Below, in pieces: positions 26,723-37,014 of a stretch of 64,000 nt of DNA. Made by a program: the position numbers and the translations under genes. Within the stretch, counting starts at the first letter, position 1. Each line of letters begins with the position of its first letter. The notes under the pieces were generated by a model. It was not told the DNA's origin. It did no database searches and worked only from the letters and a program-made list of their open reading frames with translations. Location: NCBI GenBank assembly GCA_951406725.2, contig OX597820.1, positions 106,826,001 to 106,890,000 of the forward strand. Reading direction: 5' to 3'. Source of the DNA: Octopus vulgaris. Lineage: Eukaryota.

Positions 26723-28069
26723 ATGGAATCCCCCATCTCATATTCTCCCGTGACTAGTGAAGAAGAATCTCTGGCGGTGTTGCCAAAGAAAAAAGAGGCG
26801 GTGTCGCCAAAGAAAAAAGAGGCGGTGGCGCCAAAGAAAAAGGAAACCCCTGCACCAGCACCAGCACCAGCGAAAAAATTCTCAGAAGTAGCTGGCAAGA
26901 AAATCAAAAAAATAAACGTCGAAGACTTGGAAAAATATGTGGACTGTGTTACAAAAGAGGGCACGGAAGTGACAGTGGTCTCAAACGCCCAAAAACATGA
27001 AGAAATCGAAAAAAGAAGAATAATCTATAAGACCTTTAATACGACAACCAAAATGATACAAAAAATTGAGGAAAAAAAAATCGAGAATTGTTTAAAACCA
27101 TTAATGGACAAGATCACATACATCAACAGAGAAAAGAGATACGGCACAGTAGAGGTGCGTTTCACAACAGAGGAGATAGCAAAAAAACTGTCGATGGAGC
27201 CAATAAAAGCGGAGAATATTGTTCTCCTCCCCTTGTATAGAGGAAAAAGAACATCGAAAATCACGATGAATAACATTCCGCCAGAGGCAAATGCCGAATG
27301 TCTGGTGGCAGCAGTCATGGTAGGCCTGGAGGAAAAAATAAACATCCTCCAGGCCACAGTAGAGGAGGAGGAATTTTGGAAAGGGCAGCGGATAGTAATA
27401 GCCATTCAGGCAGAAATTCAAACACTGGAGGAGATTCCAGAAACCCTAAAAATAAGTGAAGACGATAGAATAACAGTTTTCGTAGAGGGCAGAAAGCCGA
27501 GGTGCTTCGGCTGCGGCAAGAAGGGTCATGTAAGAGCGGAATGCCAACCCCAACCCAAACCGCAGGAAGCACCTCAGCCAGGTGAAAAAGAAGATGAAGT
27601 GTCACCAGAAGCAGCGCCGGGTGGCCCAGAAGAGACGACTGAAGGTGTGGAAGTGACAGAGGCAGCAGAACCAGTGGCAGAGGAAAAAAAGAGCAATGAG
27701 GAGGGGTGGTCAAAAATCACCAGAAAAAAAAGAAAAACGGAAACCACCCCTCCAAGAGTGATCCAAAAGAAGAAAAGAGAGTCGATGAACCCATATATGG
27801 CCGTTAAGGCATCAAACAACAGACTCGGGAACGTGTTGGCAGCTATGGCCAAAGTGGAAAGAATAGGAAAAAAGAATGACTATATAGTTTACAGAATAGG
27901 CCGGAAGGATTACGGGCGGATAAAGTCCGAATTCTTTCATGACGTAGGCCCGCTCAGAATGGATTTAACATCTCCATATATATTCGAGGGCCTACGTCAG
28001 ACTCCCCCACGAGGCCCAGAAAAAGAGATAAACAAAGAAGAAAAAGAGAAAACCGAACCACTGATATAA
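26723..28069 (+). CDS. Tx1 ORF1 (gag-like, CCHC zinc knuckle), 448 aa, intact
   Basis: ATG at 26723 (MESPISY...); three AVxPKKKE repeats plus PAPAPAPA; CFGCGKKGHVRAEC knuckle. Confidence 0.85.
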   Translation: MESPISYSPVTSEEESLAVLPKKKEAVSPKKKEAVAPKKKETPAPAPAPAKKFSEVAGKKIKKINVEDLEKYVDCVTKEGTEVTVVSNAQKHEEIEKRRIIYKTFNTTTKMIQKIEEKKIENCLKPLMDKITYINREKRYGTVEVRFTTEEIAKKLSMEPIKAENIVLLPLYRGKRTSKITMNNIPPEANAECLVAAVMVGLEEKINILQATVEEEEFWKGQRIVIAIQAEIQTLEEIPETLKISEDDRITVFVEGRKPRCFGCGKKGHVRAECQPQPKPQEAPQPGEKEDEVSPEAAPGGPEETTEGVEVTEAAEPVAEEKKSNEEGWSKITRKKRKTETTPPRVIQKKKRESMNPYMAVKASNNRLGNVLAAMAKVERIGKKNDYIVYRIGRKDYGRIKSEFFHDVGPLRMDLTSPYIFEGLRQTPPRGPEKEINKEEKEKTEPLI

Positions 28070-28078
28070 AGGTAAGTA

Positions 28079-31000
28079 ATGGATTACATTTATGTTGGTT
28101 GTTTGAATGTGCGCGGCCTGGGAGCAGGCTGGAAGCAAGGTCGCTTCCTGCATGATATCAGGTCGCGTAATTTAGATGTTATTGTTGCTACAGAAACCCG
28201 GTTAGAGGGGCCAAGAGGTCTACTCCCGCTGTTTGACGGCTATGAGAGTTTTTTCTCTCCTGGCGGAAGTGGGGTGTTGGTCCTAATAAAAAGAAACCGG
28301 GTTTCTGAGAAAAAGTTAATTTTTGCAGATCCAGAAGGTAGGCTGGTCGTCATGGATTTGACATTCAGTAACGGTAAAGTTATCAGACTGGTTGCAATAT
28401 ACGCACCCAACCATACAGGGCAAAGTGATTATTTTCGTGAACTAGAAAACTTTCTTGGTACTTCGCATTCATTAGTTGTGCTAGGTGACTTTAACACAAT
28501 TTGCAAAGCGGATGTAGATTGTGTTGGCTTGCGTTCAGATAGAAAAGGTAACAGTGGCTTCATGGAACTGCTAAGCCGCTTTGAGCTAGCAGATCCTTAT
28601 AGGCTGGAATTTCTGAACGCTCCATTGTGGACATGGTCAAACAGCGACGGATCTTCCAGGTCATAATTAGATAGAATACTAATTAGAAAAGTAGACAGAA
28701 AAATAGCTAAGTGTCCACAGTTTTACCCGATCAGCTACAGTGATCATAAAATGGTCACCTGTAAGCTTGACATAGATAAGGTTAAAAATAGAGGATCCGG
28801 TTACTGGAAACTTAATACGTCCCTTTTGGCGATTAAGGAGTACAAAGACCGGATTAGGGATATAATTCAGAGGGCACTATCTGGTACCATCATTAATAAC
28901 AAATGGTGGTACGCCCTCAAACGAGCCATCAAGTTCGAGTCAATTAGATATAGCATAGGAGTAGTGGCTAGAGAGGCTAGAAGGGAAACTACTCTAGTTA
29001 AGGAATTAGAGGAAGCCTTGAAAACTGGCTCTGCGGCTCAGGTGGCGTCCAAGAGACTGGTGTTAAACCAGCACCTCGAGGCCAAACACATGGGCTGCAT
29101 TGTCAGGGCTAGAATCCGCCATATGGGATGTGAAGGAATCAACGCCGTGAGATGGGCCCGAGTGGTGGAAGCACAGCATGGTAACGATGCCACGATTCGA
29201 TCTTTGACGAACCAACAAGGTGAGTTGATAAACGAACCCGAGGAGATGTGTGAGGCCTTTCAGGAGCACTTCGCTCAGCTTTTCGGTGAGTGCGGCGGAC
29301 TGGATAGGAGGAGGGCCTTTACGGACCTACTTGACGGGCTGCCGCGCTTATCGGGGCGAGATGCGGAGGGCTGTGAAGGGCCAATCACGCCTGAGGAGGT
29401 GGTTGAGGCAATGGCGGACTGCGGCGCGGGCAAGGCGCCGGGTTTGGATGGTCTACCCTATGAGTTATATAAGAGTATGCCAGACTTGTTCGGGCACCTA
29501 CTAGCGGAGGTCTATGCGAACTGGCAGCAGAACGGGCTTATACCCAGATCTGTGCGCCGGGGAGTAGTGACTCTCGTCAGAAAGGACTCGAGCAAGGGGG
29601 AGTGCATTGATAATTTCAGGCCCATCACTCTGCTAAACACAGAGTTGAAGATTTTGGCCAAAGTGTTATCGAAAAGATTGGCGCGTGTCGCGGATGGTCT
29701 GATCGGAGGGGCACAGACATGTGCCGTTCCGGGCAGATCCATTCAGGATAATCTCCATCTAATGCGGTACACTATAGAGGGGTTTAATAGTGATTCTGGC
29801 AAGGGTGGGGCACTGGTCCATTTAGACCAATCTAAAGCTTTTGATAGGGTCGACCATCATTACCTGGTATCTGCCCTGGCACGGTTCGGGCTGAGCCTTG
29901 GCTTCCTCAGGTGGATTATCCAAATTTATGATAACATCGACTCGGTAGTTCGGGTGAACGGCTTCTTGTCGAAGCCGTTCAAAATCAAACGCTCGGTTCG
30001 TCAAGGGTGTCCGCTCTCCCCGCTTTTGTACGTGATGGCTCTTGAGCCATTACTGCGAAAACTGAGCGGCATCCTGAGACAGCCAGGTAATGGAAAATCA
30101 GTGTCAGCGTATGCGGATGACATCACCATCATCGTAACCAAAATGGACCACCTATGTAAAGTAGGCAAGGCCATAGAGGTTTACGAGACGGTGACAGGAG
30201 CAAAAGTTAATCGCGAAAAGTCAGTCGGCTTGCAACTCGGCACCTGGAGAGGCAAGTCGATGCCTCCTGACAGCGTCGTGGGACGTTGGACGGAGGGTCC
30301 GATTAAATTGCTAGGGGTCTGGTTCGGTCCAGACCTCCAAATAGAGAAGAATTGGGGCGAGGTAATGAGCAAGGTGGCTGCAGTAGCCAAGACCTGGTCT
30401 TGGCGGTGGCTATCCTTGAAAGGGAGGGCGGAGGTGGCCAATGTGTTTATCGCATCGGTTATCACCTACCGCCTTTCCGTCGTTCCTTGCCCTGATTCGT
30501 GGTTGATCAAGTTGGAAAGACAGCTCTTCTACTTCTTGTGGAAGGGCCGGAAACCACTTGTGAAACGCTCTACTTGCTGTCAACAACCGTTAAAGGGTGG
30601 GCTAGGGATGCCTTGGCTGATGATGCGCTGAGGTTAAGACATCTGTGGCTCTATCTGGATGGTGAACGGGTGTGGTCTTCGCTAGCAAAACTGATGTTTC
30701 CCAAGTTCACTAGTTTCGGTGGATGGGAAACCTGGCTGAATCGTAGATCGAAACTTGGTACTTGGTACACGGAGTGTCGCAAGGCTCTCCTGCTATTCCG
30801 TCGCTCGGGTAACGCCTGCGGTGGGGGTTCCACCACATTCTTCTATAGAGGGTTGGTAGAGGCGGAATGTGAAGATACCTTGGGAGAAGCCCTAGGTCTC
30901 GACGATAATCAGCTGGCCAGTCTGTTCTGACGTACGTTCAAGCCGAAGACACTGGACAACTTCCAGAAGTCCCTGGCATGGCAATGTTACAGAGGAGCTC

Positions 31001-31452
31001 TACCTGTTCGGGATAAACTCGCAAGGCACGGAGGCCAAGACAGTCCGATATGTCCAAGATGCGGGTGGGATAGGGAAACCGTCCCGCACGCTATTGTTCA
31101 TTGTCCGGACGTGTCTGAGGTGTGGGTTTATACCGAACAGCTGTTGTCAGGTACACGAAGAGTACAGCTGTCGACTGAGTCGATTACAAAAATTGACCCA
31201 CCGGATTTCCTCGCGAAAGAAGGTAAGTTTTGTTTTCTCGTTGTAGTAGCAATTGCGAAAGAGGTGATATGGAAGACGAGAATGAAAGGTCTACAGTCAG
31301 GCAAGTTCATCTCCGGCCCTGGTTTGATGAATTATTTCATCTTTCACCTGAAAAGGAAGATAGGGCTGGAGAGAATATGCCTGACTAGGAGAGTGTACGA
31401 AGAACGATGGAAAGATGTAGCACGTAAGTTGCGAGTGAAAGATACAACATAA
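28079..31452 (+). pseudogene. Tx1 ORF2 (AP endonuclease + reverse transcriptase + C-terminal zinc finger) with 3 visible lesions
   Basis: EN motifs NVRGL, IYAPN, LGDFN, LDR, SDH; GYWKLN linker; RT motifs PGLDG, FRPITLLN, LDQSKAFDRV, VRQGCPLSP, YADD (30110); CPRC...H....C finger. In-frame stops at 28664 and 30928 and a frameshift near 30625. Confidence 0.9.
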
Positions 31453-31696
31453 ATGTAAACCAAACGAAACCAAAAGTATCAGTGGGGAGGCGGGGCTCGT
31501 GGGGTCCGAGCTAAACCCGCACCCACTCCACCCGTAATGTCTTACGGTCTGTTCCATCATTCGATTTTGTGTCTATTTTGTAATTTCATGTAAATTTTTA
31601 AATTCGATTTATTGTAAAAACCCATTCGTGTGTCTGACCCCACATCAGATTGTATTGTCCCATCTATGTTCGCCCCTAGTGGGTAATAATAAAACA

Positions 31697-31710
31697 ACCT
31701 GGAGGAAAGC
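31697..31710 (+). repeat. Target-site duplication copy 3 (ACCTGGAGGAAAGC)
   Basis: Follows the LINE 3' tail and continues directly into the ORF1 relic. Confidence 0.85.
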
Positions 31711-32169
31711 ACCATTGAAAATATGAAAGATATCTAACCAGAGGTGGTAAGTTCGCCACAATAGAAGCAAGGTTCGAGTCAACGGAGCATGCAAGGGAGT
31801 ACTCGACTCGAACTCGCAAATTGGAAATATTTTATTTTTACCTTTATATCTGGGACGTGCTGGATAAAAATTTTTAATGCCCCCCACCTAGAAGTTGAGG
31901 TAGGCTGGATTGTAGCCATGCTTCTATACAAGAGGGAGCACAAGATACAATTGATCGAAATTGCAAGAGACGGGCTAACAATTCCAGTCTGTTATATATT
32001 TTGAGTATTGTTATCACTAGCGATATCAAGATATAATTTTGTATTTTATGTGTAGATGTATATATATAGATGTACATGTAATATGTACACATATATATAT
32101 ACATGCACTAGCACTATGACCCGGCAACGACGGGTCATAATGCTAGTAATGATATAAAGATTAATTATA

Positions 32170-32340
32170 CAAGGGCTGTATGGTTAAGAAGTCTGCTTTC
32201 CAACCATGTAGCTTGAGATTCAGTCTCCCTACATGGCACCTTGGGTAAGCGTCTTCTACTATATCCCTGGATTGATCAAAGCCTTGTGAATGGATTTGGT
32301 AGCCAGAATCAGAAAGAAGCCCATCATATATATGCGTGTG
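32170..32340 (+). mobile_element. tRNA-headed SINE (5' part)
   Basis: ggctgtatggttaagaag head and conserved body caaagccttgtgaatggatttggtag...aaagaagcccatc; many copies in the window (e.g. about 7165, 10485, 11455, 21295, 42310, 43690). Confidence 0.7.
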
Positions 32341-34135
32341 TATGTAAAGTAAAGAGTATGTCATATGATATATATATTATCAACCACATGCACTTAATAT
32401 ATATGTTCCAAATATTTGCATATGTGATTTGGCATGGTGGAGAACACTCTCTCAAAGTGCTAGGTGTTAAAACACCTGAAATTAATGGACAAGTGAGATA
32501 ACTCGCCTCTAATCCCATCCAAGAGTGACAGACCTTGATGTTTCACCATTTTTGTGGCTTATCAACATCACATACCTGAACAGGATCAGAGATGAATCAT
32601 ATAGCCAGTCCACAACTTATATGCGTATAGCATGTATGCCCAGACAATGTATAATGTGTGTGAGTGTCTTCTCATCTTGACATTGTGTGGTAGTTGTAAA
32701 CATGTGTCACTGTCACACAAGTGATGTTCATTTACAATCTTCCATGGAGATATGTTCAGCAAGGAATAAGAAAATACCTTGCTTGGAAGCAGGTGAAGGT
32801 TGGTGACAGGAAGGGGATCTGTCCACAGAAAATCTACCTCAATGATTTCCATCTGATCTATCAATGCAAGCATGGAAAAATAACCCTTAACAATGATAAT
32901 GACAATATTAACAAGTATTTTATTAGCTTGAGTACAATATCCAATCTTGCAATAGCGTACTGGAAAAGAGATAAGTACCATTGGCAGTTTTATATTTGTG
33001 TTAGTTTGACATGACTGAGCTAAATGGGTTTGATGTTGCTATTGAAAATCCTCTACTAAATATATCTGAACAGAGGATTTGCTTTGTTGTCTTCTTTCTT
33101 AAGTCCTTTGACTCCATGAAGAACACAGGGTACCAAAAAGAGGTCTCCATCTGTCTTGATCTTTGACAATGGATTGCATTTGTCCCTAGGTGTTAGCTGC
33201 TTGCCAGTGCATCAGTTTCAATGGAGCCTTCTCCATTTTGTTTTCCTTGGTGAGAGAAGGTTGTTCCACTTTGTAGTTTCCTTCCAGTTTTCACTATGTT
33301 GCTTCATATGCAATTGTCTGAGGACTACCTTTCCTTACCAGGTTTCATATGTTCTCTTGTTGGCGTTTCAGTAGAACTGCAGAAAATCGATTGTGCTTTA
33401 CCCTAACCCACCCTACCATTCTCTTTCTTTCTCAACTGGGCTTTGGATTGGCTATGGTGGAGTTATTTGCTTCATAAACAGGCTTTAAAATGTTGAAGGC
33501 TTAATCATATATCCAAGTCTTGCTTTGACATCTTCCTCTGTACTTGATGTAGTGAACACCATGCTACCTAGATACATAAAGCTTCACTTCATTCAACATA
33601 TGATTTTCAAGACAGTATTGGCAATTAATATACAAAATTAATACTGTGTCCACTGCCAGGCTACTAAGTTCATACTGGCCTATCTCTGACTGTGAATAGT
33701 TAGAACAGTGATAGTTCATAGCTATAACTATGTAGCTCAATGTTTCTCATAGTTGGAGGAAGGGGGCTTTGAGAATTGAAACTGGAGGGGACAAACAAAT
33801 TGCCCTTGGTTCAAAATGATCTAAGTTATAACCTTCCATCCAACTCTCATGCTAATTTATGTTCCAAATTCCACTTAATAATGACAAATTAAATTTTACT
33901 AAATTATTCATCATTATCATCCTTATTTAACATCTACTTTTTCATGCTTGCATGGACCAGATGGAAATTGTTAAGGCAGATTTTCCACAGCTGGATGCCT
34001 TTCTTGTCACCAATCCTCACCTGTTTCCAAGCAAAGTAATATTTCCTCAAGGCCAAACATGCTTTTCATTAGAAAACTGGAAATAAACAACGTTGCTTGT
34101 ATGGTAATGCTGCTCATTTACATCCATCATACACA

Positions 34136-36063
34136 CATCATCATCATCATGGTTTAACGTCCGCTTTCCATGCTAGCATGAGTTGGACGATTTGACTGAA
34201 GTCTGGCGAACCAGATGGCTGCACCAGGCTCCAATCTGATCTGGCAGAGTTTCTACAGCTGGATGCCCTTCCTAACACCAACCACTCCAAGAGTGTAGTG
34301 GGTGCTTTTACGTGCCACTGGCATGAGGGCCAGCCAGGCGGTACTGGCAATGCCCACACTCAAATGGTGTTTTTTACGTGCCACCTGCACAGGAGCCAGT
34401 CCAGCGGCACTGGCAATGACCTCATTCAAATGTTTTTTCACGTGCCACCGGCATTTTTACATGACACCAGCACAGAAGCCAGTCAGCTTCTCTGGCAACG
34501 ATCACACTCAGATGGTACTCTTAGCGCTCCACTGGCATGGGTGACAGTCATCGAATTTGATTCGATTTCGATTTCACTTGCCTCAAGCAGAGTTTAGTGT
34601 CCAATGAAGGAAAGGTACGTATAAGTGGGCTGGTTACAGCCCTGGCATAAGCCACGCGTTATGGTCTCACTTGGCTTGCCGGGTCTTCTCACATACAGCA
34701 TATTTCCTAAGGTTTCGGTCACTAGTCATTGCCTCGGTGAGGCCCAATGTTTGAAGGTCATGCTTCACCACATCATCCCAGGTCTTCCTGGGTCTACCTC
34801 TTCCACAGGTTCCCTCAACTGCTAGGGTGTGGCACTTTTTCACACAGCTATCAACATCTATTCTCGCCACATGACCATACCAGCGCAATCGTCTCTCTTG
34901 CACACCACATCTGATGCTTCTTAGGTTCAACCTTTCTCTCAGGGCACTAACACTCTGTCGAGTATGCACACTGACATTACACATCCATCGGATCATACTG
35001 GCTTCATTCCTTGCAAGCTTACGCATGTCCTCAGCAGTCACGGCCCATGTTTCACTGCCATGTAGCATGGCTGTTTGTACACATGTGTCGTACAGTCTAC
35101 CTTTTACTCTGAGTGAGAGGCCCTTTGTCACCAGCAGAGGTTAGAGCTCTCTGAACTTAGCCCAGTCTATTCTTATTCTAGCAGCTACACTTTCAGTGCA
35201 CCCTCCCCTGCTACTGACTTGGTCACCTAGGTAATGGAAGCTATCAACTACTTCTAGTTTTTTTCCCTTGAATGTGGCGGAAGTTGGTCTCTGGACATTT
35301 TCAGTGTTATTTATAGCACCAGAGCATCTGCCACATACAAAAACTATCCTCCCAGTTAGCCTTCCTTTGATATTGCTGTACCTCTTGTGTCCATAGCTTA
35401 CACTGGGTACATCTTATGGAGTTTCTACCTATGCCTTTTCTACAGATCGAACAGGGCCATCTACCTGAAGGCATTTGTGACTTGTCTACCTTCCTACTTA
35501 TTAGGACTTTGGTTTTAGCTAGGTTGACGCTAAGGCCCTTCAATTCTAATCCTTGCTTCCACACCTGAAACTTCTCCAGTTCTGATAGTGACTCAGCAAT
35601 TACAGCAAGGTCATAAGCATAGAGGAGCTCCCGGGGGCATGCTGTCTTGAATTCCTCTGTTATTGCCTGGAGGACTATGATCGAAAGGAAGGGGTTGAGG
35701 ACTGAACCTTGTTGGACCCCTACCTCTACCCGGATTTCTTCCCTGTACTCGTTGCCAGCTCTCACCTTACTATCCCTAGTTTCCTCATTGACCACCAGAT
35801 AAGGGATCGGAGGACCCTGTCAAAGGCTTTCTCCATGTCAACAGAAGCCAGGTACAGGGGTTTATCTTTGTCTAGGTATTTCTCCTGCAGCTGTCTTACC
35901 AGAAATATAGCATCAATGGTGCTTTTCCCTGCATCTCATCTAAGCTGACTCTCTCCCTAATTAGTTGGGCTATAACCCACTCCGTGACCTTCATTACCGG
36001 ATCTAACAACTTGATGCCTCAGTTATTATTTGTATCTAAAGCGTTACCTTTACCTTTGTAGCA
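34136..36063 (-). mobile_element. 5'-truncated RTE-like LINE with (CAT)n tail
   Basis: Minus ORFs 35307-35795 (GVQQGSVL, PHD-like cysteines) and 34667-35131 (MLHGSETW, RLRWYGHV, GRGRPRKTW); 3' UTR with short tandem units. Confidence 0.9.
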
Positions 36064-36488
36064 TATTGGGTCCACAGAAACTCGTCAGATAAAGTCTACA
36101 TATTCTTGGGTAGGTAGGGGTAGACCCACTCCATCGTCTAGTTTAACCTTTAACATCTCACACTTGGGTGCTTTTAATGGAGTTCCCTTTGTAGCAAGCA
36201 TTCGGATTGTTTTCCGATCTGACGATTGCTTAATATCTTTCTTCCCTTTCTCTCAGCTGTTTTGGAAGCCTTGCACGAAGTTCATGGGCGTAACCCTAAC
36301 TCATCTGACTCAGCCATAAACAATAAAAAAAAAAAGTGAAAGATATTTCAAGTACGTTAGACTCGAAACAGTTTTGATCCATATTAAAATGTGAAACTGT
36401 TAGAAGACATAAGTAGATAGTTGCCTTATGTATGTAATCTAGAGACAACCACACGCAACTTCAAATACTTAAGTTTTCAGAAGTGATT

Positions 36489-36533
36489 TTCCGGAACAGC
36501 TGTGACGTCACTGAGTGAACGGCAAAATGGCAG
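36489..36533 (+). promoter_or_regulatory. Putative FLII proximal promoter: ETS (CCGGAA), CRE (TGACGTCA), YY1-like (AAAATGGC)
   Basis: CCGGAA at 36491-36496, perfect TGACGTCA at 36503-36510, AAAATGGC overlapping the ATG at 36527. Confidence 0.55.
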
Positions 36534-36589
36534 CCACTGGGGTGTTACCGTTTGTCAGAGGCATAGATTTCACACGAAATGATTTTCAG
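36527..36589 (+). CDS. FLII: flightless-I exon 1
   Basis: MAATGVLPFVRGIDFTRNDFQ is the diagnostic FLII N-terminus; CAG|gtatag donor. Confidence 0.95.
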
Positions 36590-36961
36590 GTATAGCGGAA
36601 TCTATTCATTTTGACAATATCTTGTTTTTAATGTATACAGGTATACTAACATAACTACTCTGTTTTAGCGAAAAGTCAATTTAAGAATTTTGTTCGTATG
36701 CTATTCTTTCTAATCACCTCATCTACCTCCACCTTTGTTGCTCCCCGGCTTTCTCAATATTTTCTCTATTATTATTATTACTACTAGTAGTAGAAACATC
36801 TTTATATACACATATGTTCCCTTTAGAGCAAATCTTAATGGTAGTTACTTTTAGAAATTTGTTTCGTTTAGCAGTTGCAATCTTTCAAGATGATTACGAG
36901 TGATATTGTCCGAGTTCTCACAGCTGTCAATGGTTTATATATACACACACACACACACATA

Positions 36962-37014
<53 letters not shown>

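Larger units (their letters stand above)
26511..31696 (+). mobile_element. Full-length Tx1-like (L1 group) non-LTR retrotransposon, recently inactivated
   Basis: 5' UTR, intact ORF1, ORF2 (APE-RT-zinc finger) 9 nt downstream, 3' UTR; flanked by identical 14-bp TSDs. Confidence 0.92.
23784..31985 (+). pseudogene. Decayed Tx1-type ORF1 fragment split by the insertions (23784-23857 joined to 31711-31985)
   Basis: The joined flanks read, with frameshifts, IEEKTIVYKVYNVEK/RFEHLEESTIEN/RYLTRGGKFATIEARFESTEHA/FLPLYLGR/WIKIFNAP.LEVEVGWIVAMLL. This is colinear with IEKRRIIYKTFN..KIEEKKIEN..YINREKRYGTVEVRF..LLPLYRGK..NIPPE of ORF1 at 26723. Confidence 0.75.
23296..32146 (+). mobile_element. Non-autonomous Helitron hosting the Tx1 cluster
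   Basis: 5' end TCAGTATATAAAACTGAGAATGTGTGTCTGTCTGT...AACTACTCAACCAATTTCATTCAAATTTT is typical of invertebrate non-autonomous Helitrons. 3' end has hairpin TATGACCCG-gcaacga-CGGGTCATA followed by CTAG|T at 32143-32147. The base before the 5' TC is T, not the canonical A. Confidence 0.6.

Noticed and set aside
32170-32245. tRNA genes
   Set aside because: The tRNA-like sequences are degenerate SINE heads without a complete cloverleaf.
36064-36320. Divergent gene upstream of FLII
   Set aside because: Only very short minus-strand ORFs, with no recognisable homology or convincing splice pattern.
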